Origin: Minisyncoccota bacterium
GTDB lineage: Bacteria > Patescibacteriota > Minisyncoccia > Phycocordibacterales > UBA5272
Direction of reading: 5' to 3'
Length of the DNA stretch: 64,000 nucleotides
Assembly (NCBI GenBank): GCA_041651055.1
Contig: JBAZJW010000001.1
Span: 691,702-755,701, forward strand
Shown here in pieces: positions 38,906 to 47,678 of this stretch. The position numbers and the translations under genes are program-made. The notes under the pieces were generated by a model, which did no database searches, was not told the origin of the DNA, and saw only the letters and a list, made by a program, of their open reading frames with translations. Within the stretch, counting starts at the first letter, position 1. Each line of letters starts with the position of its first letter.

Positions 38906-40903
38906 ATGAAAACACTTCCGCTTTCCACAAAAGACTTTGCTTGGGTGAAAATGACGCAGGCTACAATGAAAAAACAGGCCGACCTGTATATCGCTAATAA
39001 GAAAAAAGTGTACACAGAAATCAAGAATATTCTTCCTGAGAATCGTACCTTTGTGAACACTCTCTACGCACTCGAACGCTGTGACGATTCATTCGATAGT
39101 TTCTTTTCAAAAATGGGACTACTTTCTGAAGTGTCACCAAAGAAAGAAGTACGTGACGCGGCCCATATTATTGCTACAGAAATGTCACAGAAATTGGTGG
39201 ATATCGAGTATGATCGAGATCTTTTTATTGCGCTCTGTGAATACTATGAGGGGAATTTTGAATATGAAAAGAAGAAACTTCGCAAAGAGGATATCAAACT
39301 TCTCGAAGAAACACTTCGTGAATATCGTCGTATGGGATTTGATTTGCCGAATGAAAAGCAAAAGAGACTTAAACTTTTGATGAAGAAGATTTCTAAACTT
39401 TCAATTGCCTTCCGTCAGCACATCAATGACTATCAGGATTATATTTTGTGTACAAAGGAAGAACTTGCCGGTCTGTCTGAGAGGTTTATTTCTACACTTC
39501 CGAAACACACTGATGGTAGATATATTGTTTCGCTTCAGTATCCGCACATCGGTCCATTTATGGCAGAGGCCGAGAATCGCGAAAAGAGAAAAGTTCTCGC
39601 GGAAAAGAATTTGAAAAAAGGCGGAGCAAAGAATCTTAAGATCATAGAAGAGATTGTGAAATTACGCCATGAAGTTGCAACTATTTTGGGATACAAACAT
39701 CATGCAGACTTTCGCACTGAAAATAGAATGGCTAAAAGTGCGAAGACGGCTGAAGATTTTCAGAACTCACTCCTAAAGACACTCGTGCCGTTAGCAAAAA
39801 AAGATGGCGAAGTTTTGCGTGCACATGCAAAGACACTTGGCATTACTAAGCTAGAGCATTATGACATCGGTTATGTGGCGACACATCTCAAGAAAAAGTT
39901 ATACGACCTTGACCCAGAGACAGTGCGTGCATACTTTCCTCTTGAACACGTAAAGACTGAATTGTTCGCACTGTGTGAAAATCTTTTTGGTATTGTTATT
40001 GCAGAATATCCGACAACGCTATGGCACAAAGATGTGAAGCTATATCAAATTAATAACACTGACGGCACTCTTGTTGGATATTTTGCTATGGATCTGTATC
40101 CACGAGAAGGGAAGTTTGGTCATGCAGCTATGTTTGACATTGTCGTTCCTCACGAAGAAGGGTATTTGACAGAAGAGTACTGCGCGCCGCTTTCAAGTAT
40201 GGTGTGTAATTTCCCTGTACCAACGAAAAAGATTCCGTCACTTCTTTCGCTGAATGAAGTGGAGACACTATTCCATGAATTCGGTCATTGCCTGCACATG
40301 ACGCTTACTCGTGCACGACTCGAATCTCAAGCAGGGGCGAATGTGGCATGGGACTTCGTGGAGACACCGTCACAGATTATGGAAAATTGGGTATGGAATG
40401 AAGAAGTAATGGCAAAACTTTCGATGCATTACGAAACAGGAAAGCAGATGCCGAAAGATATGATTGACCGTATCATTAAAGGGAAGATATTTCAGAATGC
40501 TTACTTTTATACACGGCAACTTATTCAAGGCAAGCTCGACTTAGACCTTCATACAGGAAAAGTAAAAGACGCAAGTGCTGCGTATAGAAAAATGAACAAG
40601 CTGTACTTCAACATCGACCTTCCAGAAAAGGAAACATTGTTCCCGGCAGGTTTCGGACACCTTGTCGGATATGATGCAGGATACTATTCGTACTTGTGGG
40701 CGCTTGTGTATGCATGTGATGCTTTCGAATCATTCAAGACAAAGGGGAACAAAAATGTTATGACCAATACCGAAGTCGGCATGAAGTGGCGCCATGAAGT
40801 TCTTGAAAAGGGAAGCAGCGAAGATGAAATGAGACTCGTTAAGAATTTCTTAGGGCGAGCACCGAACCAGAAGGCATTTTTGAAGGAGGTGATTGGGAAA
40901 TAA
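38906..40903 (+). CDS. M3-family zinc oligoendopeptidase (oligopeptidase F/thimet-like)
   Basis: HEFGHCLHM (HExxH) plus downstream Glu; 665 aa. Confidence 0.85.
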   Translation: MKTLPLSTKDFAWVKMTQATMKKQADLYIANKKKVYTEIKNILPENRTFVNTLYALERCDDSFDSFFSKMGLLSEVSPKKEVRDAAHIIATEMSQKLVDIEYDRDLFIALCEYYEGNFEYEKKKLRKEDIKLLEETLREYRRMGFDLPNEKQKRLKLLMKKISKLSIAFRQHINDYQDYILCTKEELAGLSERFISTLPKHTDGRYIVSLQYPHIGPFMAEAENREKRKVLAEKNLKKGGAKNLKIIEEIVKLRHEVATILGYKHHADFRTENRMAKSAKTAEDFQNSLLKTLVPLAKKDGEVLRAHAKTLGITKLEHYDIGYVATHLKKKLYDLDPETVRAYFPLEHVKTELFALCENLFGIVIAEYPTTLWHKDVKLYQINNTDGTLVGYFAMDLYPREGKFGHAAMFDIVVPHEEGYLTEEYCAPLSSMVCNFPVPTKKIPSLLSLNEVETLFHEFGHCLHMTLTRARLESQAGANVAWDFVETPSQIMENWVWNEEVMAKLSMHYETGKQMPKDMIDRIIKGKIFQNAYFYTRQLIQGKLDLDLHTGKVKDASAAYRKMNKLYFNIDLPEKETLFPAGFGHLVGYDAGYYSYLWALVYACDAFESFKTKGNKNVMTNTEVGMKWRHEVLEKGSSEDEMRLVKNFLGRAPNQKAFLKEVIGK

Positions 40904-41002
40904 GATCTTACTAGCTTGGCCAAAGTATATTTGAGGTGAACTAGTAAAAGTGATACTCTTTCTTGAGGGTTCAGTTGTTCAACTTCGTGAAAGGGGTTTG
41001 AT

Positions 41003-41167
41003 ATGGAAAACCTTCTCGGACTCTCTATCGTATACAACTTCATTGGACTTCTTCCGGTATTCCTAACATCCGGCAACCTAAAAAAGCTTTTCATTAAACT
41101 ATGGGCTGCCAATCTTGTTTTTGGTATTCTGCTCACGGCACTCTTTGTTGTGAATCACTCCGACTGA
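41003..41167 (+). CDS. Possible small hydrophobic protein (54 aa)
   Basis: MENLLGLSIVYNFIGLLPVFLTSGNLKKLFIKLWAANLVFGILLTALFVVNHSD; GGGG 7 nt upstream; below ORF-track cutoff. Confidence 0.25.
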   Translation: MENLLGLSIVYNFIGLLPVFLTSGNLKKLFIKLWAANLVFGILLTALFVVNHSD

Positions 41168-41289
41168 TTATCTCATCAGACAAATAGCTTTCATAATTCT
41201 GTTACTCAACATCTTGGGTGATAGAATTTTTTGTTTGTACTATCTTGCTATATAAAAAGCCACCTCTTTCGGTGGCGGGATGACTACTA

Positions 41290-41400
41290 TTGTATACAGT
41301 AGTATGGGTATTGGTAGTCGTGGCAGGCAGGCCACGTACTTTGCTTCGCACCTTCATGGGTGGTGAAGGTAAGCGCGTACGGAGGACGATGTCCTAAAAC
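41290..41400. ncRNA. Candidate small structured RNA/leader, GC-rich nested hairpins upstream of typA
   Basis: Outer GGCAGG/CCTGCC, inner CGTAC/GTACG and ACCTTCA-TGGGTGG-TGAAGGT stems; flanked by terminator-like hairpins at 41245..41270 and 41489..41516; strand unresolved. Confidence 0.2.
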
Positions 41401-41488
41401 CTGCCTTGTATGCCACAACTATCTATAATCCTACATCCAAAAAGTGACTAGCACAATAGCAGAAAATGTGTTATTATGGTAGCCATCT

Positions 41489-41516
41489 AAGCGGCGTTGT
41501 CCGCTTCGTATTTTTC
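41489..41516 (+). terminator. Terminator-like hairpin immediately upstream of typA
   Basis: AAGCGG-CGTTGT-CCGCTT then CGTATTTTTC. Confidence 0.45.
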
Positions 41517-41590
41517 TAGAGCATTAGTATCGCATTTGTATGTATTTGCACTACTAATAACTAGCAACTAATAACTAGTAACTATCATTC

Positions 41591-43378
41591 ATGCAACAAG
41601 AAATTCGTAACATCGCCATTATCGCTCACGTGGACCATGGAAAGACCACGCTTACCGACGCACTCATGAAACAGTGTGGTGTTGGTGTTGAAGGTCAGAC
41701 AATGGACTCAAATCCAATGGAAAAGGAGCGTGGTATTACGATTACTGCCAAGAATACCTCGGTACCATACAAGGGTGTGAAGATTAACATTTTGGATACT
41801 CCTGGTCACGCGGACTTCGGCTCTGAAGTAGAGCGCGTACTAAGGTCAATTGACTGTGTGCTTCTTGTTGTTGATGCTCAGGAAGGTCCAATGCCTCAGA
41901 CACGTTTCGTTCTCAAGAAGTCACTTGAACTTGGTATTAAGCCGATTGTTGTTATTAATAAAATCGATAAACCAGCTGCTGATGCGAAGAAAGTGCACGA
42001 TGAAGTATTTGAACTTTTTATGGAACTTGGAGCAAACGATGAACAACTCGACTTCACCACGGTATACGCTATCGGACGTGAGGGTGTTGCGATGAAGAAT
42101 CTCGACGACGAACGAAAGGATCTCACACCGCTCCTTGATATTATTTTGGAAAAAGTTCCGAAGGCAACAGGAGACATCAATAGTCCGTTCGTGGCACAGG
42201 TGTTTAACCTTGCATATGATAATTTCCTCGGTCGTATGGCTATTTGTCGTGTGTATGACGGAGTTGCAAAAGTTGGTGAAGAAATTGTCGTAAAGAAAGC
42301 AACAGGCGAAACACGAAAGGGACGTATTACAAAGATGTATACCTTCAACGGTATCGCTCGTGTTGAGGCTCAAACTGCTGAAGCGGGAGATATTGTCATG
42401 GTTGCTGGATTTGCTGATATTTTCATCGGTGAGACATTTATTAAGAATGAAAGTCAGGAAGCTCTTCCTGCAATCCATATTGATGAACCAACTATCGCCC
42501 TTAACTTCCTTGTGAACGATTCTCCCTTTGCTGGAAAGGAAGGAAAGTTCGTAACGGGTCGTCAGATTCGTGACCGCCTCGAAAAAGAACTTGAGATCAA
42601 TGTCGGTCTTCATGTTGATTTTGAAATGGAAAAATTCTTGGTGTACGGTCGTGGTGAACTCCACATCGCTGTACTTCTCGAAACAATGCGTCGTGAAGGA
42701 TATGAACTTCAAGTGTCACAACCACAGGTTATTTTCCATGAAAAAGATGGTGTGAAAGAAGAGCCATATGAAGAACTTGTGATCGATGTACCGGTAGAGT
42801 CGTGTGGTATCGTGATGGAAAAGCTTGGACGTCGTAAAGCAATGATCGAAGACATGACTGAAAAGCATGGAGTGAATCGTATTAAGGCAACTATTCCTAC
42901 TCGAGGACTTCTCGGTTATCGTGGAGAATTCGTTATTGATACGAAAGGTCTTGGAATTCTTTCAGCACGTTTCAGTAAATTTGGTCCATACGCTGGTCCT
43001 ATCACTCGTCGCCTCGTTGGTTCTATGACATCGATGGCATCCGGCAAGTCTCTCGCATTCTCACTTTGGAATCTCCAGGATAGAGGTGTGATTTATATTC
43101 TTCCTACAACAGAAGTATACGAAGGTATGGTTATTGGTAACACATCAAAGGGTGAAGAAATGATGGTGAATCCGACAAAGGGTAAAGCGCTTTCAAACAT
43201 GCGTTCGTCAGGTGCAGATGAAGCTATCGTTCTCGTGCCTGCATGGGAAATCAGTATCGAACGCGGTCTTGAAATCATGAACGCTGATGAATATCTTGAA
43301 GTGACACCGAAGTCAGTGAGACTACGAAAGCAGTTGCTCACAGAATCAGATCGCGCAAAGGCTGGCCGTAAAGCATAA
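41591..43378 (+). CDS. typA: Translational GTPase TypA/BipA
   Basis: NIAIIAHVDHGKTTL G1, DTPGHADF G3, EF-G-like domains; 595 aa. Confidence 0.9.
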   Translation: MQQEIRNIAIIAHVDHGKTTLTDALMKQCGVGVEGQTMDSNPMEKERGITITAKNTSVPYKGVKINILDTPGHADFGSEVERVLRSIDCVLLVVDAQEGPMPQTRFVLKKSLELGIKPIVVINKIDKPAADAKKVHDEVFELFMELGANDEQLDFTTVYAIGREGVAMKNLDDERKDLTPLLDIILEKVPKATGDINSPFVAQVFNLAYDNFLGRMAICRVYDGVAKVGEEIVVKKATGETRKGRITKMYTFNGIARVEAQTAEAGDIVMVAGFADIFIGETFIKNESQEALPAIHIDEPTIALNFLVNDSPFAGKEGKFVTGRQIRDRLEKELEINVGLHVDFEMEKFLVYGRGELHIAVLLETMRREGYELQVSQPQVIFHEKDGVKEEPYEELVIDVPVESCGIVMEKLGRRKAMIEDMTEKHGVNRIKATIPTRGLLGYRGEFVIDTKGLGILSARFSKFGPYAGPITRRLVGSMTSMASGKSLAFSLWNLQDRGVIYILPTTEVYEGMVIGNTSKGEEMMVNPTKGKALSNMRSSGADEAIVLVPAWEISIERGLEIMNADEYLEVTPKSVRLRKQLLTESDRAKAGRKA

Positions 43379-43495
43379 ATTGCTTTATCTACTGCGTTAT
43401 AGAAAATTTTTCCTCCACGCGCCGTACCATATGTACGTCTTGGTCGTAAAAATTTTCTATGCCTTGTATCTAAAACAATTTCTGCCTTACGGTTC

Positions 43496-44026
43496 GTGTA
43501 TACTGTAAGAATGATACGAAAACTAAAAAAAGAAAAAAAGATTTTGTATGGCTCTATGGCCATACTTTTTCTTGTGCTTGGTTGGTATGGATATACGTGT
43601 GGTATACAAAAGACGTGTGGCAATCAAACTGTAGAGCGATTTGTTCGTCATGATATGGATATTGTTGCACCGCGTGGGACGATTGCCACTGAAGTGGTGG
43701 ACACTTCTGCTTCTCGTGCTCTTGGACTGTCTGGACGAAAGGGACTTGCTCCTAATGAAGGAATGTTGTTTGTCTTTGATGCTTCTGGACGCTATGGTTT
43801 TTGGATGAAAGATATGCTGTTTCCTCTTGATATTATCTGGATAAATCAAAGCGGTGTTGTTGTTCATATTGAAAGAGATGTTACCCCAGAATCATACACA
43901 GGATCAAAAGAGAATCCGAAAACATTTATCAATACACCGGACGCTCTCTATGTGCTTGAAATCAATACCGGAAAAGCAGAGGAGTATGGGTTATATTTGG
44001 GATCAAAAGTAAAACTAGAGAAGTAG
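43496..44026 (+). CDS. DUF192-family protein
   Basis: GMLFVFD...FWMKDMLFPLDIIWI matches the DUF192 core. Confidence 0.65.
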   Translation: MYTVRMIRKLKKEKKILYGSMAILFLVLGWYGYTCGIQKTCGNQTVERFVRHDMDIVAPRGTIATEVVDTSASRALGLSGRKGLAPNEGMLFVFDASGRYGFWMKDMLFPLDIIWINQSGVVVHIERDVTPESYTGSKENPKTFINTPDALYVLEINTGKAEEYGLYLGSKVKLEK

Positions 44027-44106
44027 TTTTGAGATAAATTATTAAACATATATACTTTGTGTATTGATGGGATAGATTAATCATTCTTACGAGAGTAAAA
44101 TAAAAT

Positions 44107-45102
44107 ATGCAAGAACAAGAAATGGAATATGCAGGGTTTTGGGTTAGGTTTTCTGCAACCCTTATTGATACAGTTCTGTTAATATTGCTTACGTTTCCGC
44201 CACTCGTTTATATTTATGGGTGGGCATATTTTGACGCTGAAAAAACTGGCTTTATTGCTGGCCCTACTGATTTTATTATTTCATGGGTACTACCAGCAAT
44301 CGTTGTGATTGTTTTTTGGTTACAAAAACAAGCAACCCCAGGCAAGATGATGGTAGGGGTGCAAATTGTTGATGCTGTAACTGGTAAGTCTATTTCGATT
44401 GGTCAAGCGATAGTCCGCTACTTGGCATATTTTATTTCATTCCTTCCACTCGGTCTTGGTTTTATATGGATTGCTTTTGATAGAAAAAAACAAGGCTGGC
44501 ATGACAAATTAGCAGGAACAATTGTAATTAAGTCAAAGAAATATAAAACACAAAACGTAGTTTATTCTGCAGAAAATAAAAGATTAGAAAATTATCTTGT
44601 ACCGTTTGTTTCTATTCTAATTTTTGGGGTAGCTTTATTTTACCCAGCCTGGAGCAGTATTGAGGTTCCAGATACTAACTACAATGGAGCAGGATTTGTA
44701 TATGGAAAAGATTTACTCATAATAGGCTGGTTTGGGATTATTGCTTTGTATCTGCCTGCATATTTTTTGTTTCCAGCTGTAAGTATAGTTACAAAAATTA
44801 CAAAAGGTGAGGAGGGTAAAATGTTACTAAGTCGTATTTTGTTATTTTTGTTTTGGTTGGAAGGGTTCTTCGGGGTGATAGTTTTTAAGTACGGAGGAAC
44901 CAGTGACGCTGGTGATGCAAAAATAGTATCTGTTGGACCATCTTTTTGGATGTGGACAATACTTGTTTGGTATATTTTACTCTGTGCCTTTTTTTACAGG
45001 CATTTAGGAAAAGAAAAATCTTACAGGGTTTTCAAAGTGCTGTCTATTTTTGCTCTTTCCCTCGTTGTCTTCTTAGCTTTTAATTACTCCTTATCAAAGT
45101 AA
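44107..45102 (+). CDS. RDD-family membrane protein with extra C-terminal TM region
   Basis: RDD signature (FWVRFSATLIDTVLL ... RKKQGWHDKLAGTIVI). Confidence 0.7.
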   Translation: MQEQEMEYAGFWVRFSATLIDTVLLILLTFPPLVYIYGWAYFDAEKTGFIAGPTDFIISWVLPAIVVIVFWLQKQATPGKMMVGVQIVDAVTGKSISIGQAIVRYLAYFISFLPLGLGFIWIAFDRKKQGWHDKLAGTIVIKSKKYKTQNVVYSAENKRLENYLVPFVSILIFGVALFYPAWSSIEVPDTNYNGAGFVYGKDLLIIGWFGIIALYLPAYFLFPAVSIVTKITKGEEGKMLLSRILLFLFWLEGFFGVIVFKYGGTSDAGDAKIVSVGPSFWMWTILVWYILLCAFFYRHLGKEKSYRVFKVLSIFALSLVVFLAFNYSLSK

Positions 45103-45185
45103 GGAATATTTTCGGATATTTTCTTGATTTTAGTGGAACAAAATGAATGTAAGGAAATGGTTATTCGTACTTGATTCGATTCTTG

Positions 45186-45217
45186 GATAAAAGTAAAAAG
45201 CCACCCGGTAAGGGTGG
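45186..45217. terminator. Bidirectional terminator hairpin between the RDD gene and rnpB
   Basis: AAAAAGCCACCC-GGTAA-GGGTGGCTTTT with A/T runs on both sides. Confidence 0.6.
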
Positions 45218-45221
45218 CTTT

Positions 45222-45610
45222 TCCATATGTTCTCTGTCTATAAGCCGAATTCTGTTTTTGTGTAGACATGTATCTAGCTCGTTAATTGCTCAATGAGTCA
45301 AGCGACACTCCCGTATTACTACGGGCACGGTCTTGCACACACGTATGTATTTAGCCGTTTCAGCCGGACTAAACCGGATCGTTTCTGTTCGCAACACGGT
45401 GGTCACCCACGACGGGCATTACCCGCTACGCTTCCAATTTTGCCCACCAGAGGTGGCTGCAAAATTGAGAATCCTGAGCTTGTCGAAGGATAGTCCCTCA
45501 ACTTCGTTCGGGACACTCAATTCTGCAACTGCCTATGGCAGGCAGAATTGGTGTGTGTTCGGACTTTCCTCACGATATTACTATCGCGCGTCTACCCAAC
45601 AAAGAACAAA
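45222..45610 (-). ncRNA. rnpB: RNase P RNA, bacterial type A
   Basis: Minus-strand read gives P3 hairpin CGCGAUA-GUAA-UAUCGUG followed by P4 5' strand GAGGAAAGUCCGAAC. Downstream come CCAUAGGCAG and GCGGGUAAUGCCCG. The 3' part CUAGAUACAUGUCUACACAAAAACAGAAUUCGGCUUAUAG parallels E. coli CUAGAUGAAUGACUGUCCACGACAGAACCCGGCUUAUCGG. P1 pairs UGUUCUUUGU with ACAGAGAACA. The ends are approximate. Confidence 0.8.
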
Positions 45611-45679
45611 ATAACTATACGATATATTATTACCTTTGTCAAAGAAGTGAGAATATATATGGTATACTAGGATATCTCT

Positions 45680-46954
45680 ATGATTCTCAAGAACTCATTA
45701 CTCCTCTCTATATTTTCTATGCTTTCGGTGTTGCTCGGTATCGTGCGCGATAGACTTTTATCTACCCATGTTGGTGTTGGCCCAATTCTCGATATTTACA
45801 ATGCATCATTTAGACTGCCAGATTTTTTGTATGCAATGTCTCTTGCTTTTGTGACGGCAGGAACCGTTATTCCATTTTTAACAATTGAAAATAAATCAGG
45901 GGATGTTATTGATTCTCGTCATAGGCTTTCTTCTATATCCCTTTTCTTTGCTGGAGCTGCCTCACTTATTGGTGTATTAATTGTAATTACAATTCCATTG
46001 TATGCTCATGGCATTGTTCCTGGATTTACGGGAGAACAGACAGCAGTATTTATTAGTGTTACTAGATTGCTAATGATACAGCCAATATTGCTTGGTATTA
46101 CATCTTTAATTTCTTGTTTTGCACAAATGAAGAATCACTTTGTTCTTTATGGTATCGCACCACTCGGTTATTCATTGGGAATTATTTTTGGAATTATGTA
46201 TCTTTATCCAAGCTATGGTGTGCACGGATTGATCTATGGTGTAATTATTGGTGCAGCTGCTTCTTTCCTTATTCAGTTGTGGTCACTTAAGGGGGTGAGG
46301 TTTATTGAAGTTCTTCCTTATTTTTCTTTTAAGCATATTAAAGAATTATTTAGACTTTCATTTCCGCGCATGGGTGTAAATATTCTCACACAACTTAGAA
46401 TTATTTTTTTTACAGCCTTTGCCACCACTCTTGGACCGGGAGTACTTTCGAGTTATCTTTTTGCCCAGAGAATCACCGATGCAGTAACACAAATTATTCA
46501 ACAAAGTGTTACGACTGCGAGTCTGCCGGTTCTTTCGAAAAAATTTATTGATAATCAATTCAAGGAATATAAAGAGGTTGTAAAAATGTATGTTCTCATT
46601 CTTGGAGCTATTGGGTTTTTTGCGGCGGCAGCAATTTATTTTTTGAAGGATATTGTTATCGCTATTTTATACGGTAATACGAATGCTCATGACCTGATTG
46701 CTTTCTTCTTGATAGGATTTTTGATAGCGCTCCCACTCCAAATGATGATCGGCTATTTTTCGATTAGTCTCTATTCCGCCAAAGATACCAAGAGTGTTTT
46801 TTATTCGAATCTTATTTCAACACTCGTCGCAGTAGCTGCATGTTATGCAACACAAACCCTAGGGAACATTAGTCTTGTCTATGGAATTATTGCTATGTCT
46901 ACTTCAAACTTTATTGTCATTGCTCTTTTGTATAGTAAGAAAAAGTTGATATAA
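45680..46954 (+). CDS. MurJ/MviN-like MOP-superfamily flippase (short, 424 aa)
   Basis: Polytopic; N-terminal LLGIVRDRLLSTHVGVGPILDIYNASFRLPDFLYA resembles the MurJ N-terminus (..RDxxxAxxFG.....DAFxxAFRLPN). Confidence 0.6.
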   Translation: MILKNSLLLSIFSMLSVLLGIVRDRLLSTHVGVGPILDIYNASFRLPDFLYAMSLAFVTAGTVIPFLTIENKSGDVIDSRHRLSSISLFFAGAASLIGVLIVITIPLYAHGIVPGFTGEQTAVFISVTRLLMIQPILLGITSLISCFAQMKNHFVLYGIAPLGYSLGIIFGIMYLYPSYGVHGLIYGVIIGAAASFLIQLWSLKGVRFIEVLPYFSFKHIKELFRLSFPRMGVNILTQLRIIFFTAFATTLGPGVLSSYLFAQRITDAVTQIIQQSVTTASLPVLSKKFIDNQFKEYKEVVKMYVLILGAIGFFAAAAIYFLKDIVIAILYGNTNAHDLIAFFLIGFLIALPLQMMIGYFSISLYSAKDTKSVFYSNLISTLVAVAACYATQTLGNISLVYGIIAMSTSNFIVIALLYSKKKLI

Positions 46955-47050
46955 AAGGAAAGTAAAATCACCATCTTGTCTGAGATTACATGTTGCGTCC
47001 GGAGGTCTCCTTGGTGTAGGATGGTCTAAGAGTAAATAAGGGAGGTCTGT

Positions 47051-47548
47051 ATGCCTAAACTTTCTCATCTTTTGACTGATGAGCGTTTTTCTTCAGCTCA
47101 GAGGGAACATGTTCGCACGAGAGTCGCTGCTAATATTTCAAGGGGCGAAGATGCGAAATCCTCTGCCCAAGTGTGTCTGCAAGAGCTGTGGCAATCGTAT
47201 GACTACGATGGTATTTCCATGGGTAGATCGCTTAGGGCTTGCATTTTGGAAGAACTGTTACAGTTGCTTGATGGTTGCTTTGATGATGAAGCAAGGCAGC
47301 TGCTTGCATTTCTGGTTGCGATGTATCACGACGTCGATTACCTGAATAGTGTTGGGTGGTATGATTACGTGGTCACCATTGAAGCCTTGCCACTGGGGTA
47401 TAGAATCCTCCTTCTCTCTGCGGCAGTTGCCCTCGACATCGAAGAGCTTCCAGAAATCGATGAAGAGTCTAATTCTATAGTTAGGCAGCTTGTGCTAGAG
47501 GGGAAGGAAAAACGACGGTTGGTACGGGCCCCATATGTGTGGGTCTGA
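47051..47548 (+). CDS. Hypothetical protein (165 aa), GC-rich orphan ending in TGA
   Basis: No known motif; own strong terminator downstream. Confidence 0.45.
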   Translation: MPKLSHLLTDERFSSAQREHVRTRVAANISRGEDAKSSAQVCLQELWQSYDYDGISMGRSLRACILEELLQLLDGCFDDEARQLLAFLVAMYHDVDYLNSVGWYDYVVTIEALPLGYRILLLSAAVALDIEELPEIDEESNSIVRQLVLEGKEKRRLVRAPYVWV

Positions 47549-47555
47549 AGAATCA

Positions 47556-47586
47556 AAGGAGGGCCCAGGTCCTCCTTTTTTATTTG
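47556..47586 (+). terminator. Rho-independent terminator
   Basis: AAGGAGGGCC-CA-GGTCCTCCTT followed by T8. Confidence 0.7.
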
Positions 47587-47678
47587 TCGATTTTCGTGTA
47601 GTATGTACTGTATTAGAAACGTAGTTGTTTGGATGCAATACGCGACAAAGTAGTACGCCAAACAAGTGTGTTTACCTT

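Noticed and set aside
40684-41136. 150-aa minus-strand ORF
   Set aside because: It overlaps the 3' end of the M3 peptidase gene in antisense and runs into the intergenic region. No motif was found, so it is judged spurious.
45381-45388. First ACAGAAAC match taken as the RNase P P4 3' strand
   Set aside because: The canonical ACAGAAUUCGGCUUA lies further 3' (plus coordinates 45238..45252). It pairs properly with the P4 5' strand and sits next to the terminator, so the earlier match is internal, in the P15 to P18 region.
45293-45753. Three ORFs (66, 93, 72 aa) from the track in the RDD-MurJ intergenic region
   Set aside because: They overlap an RNase P RNA gene on the opposite strand. The translations are low-complexity and start or stop inside conserved RNA helices.
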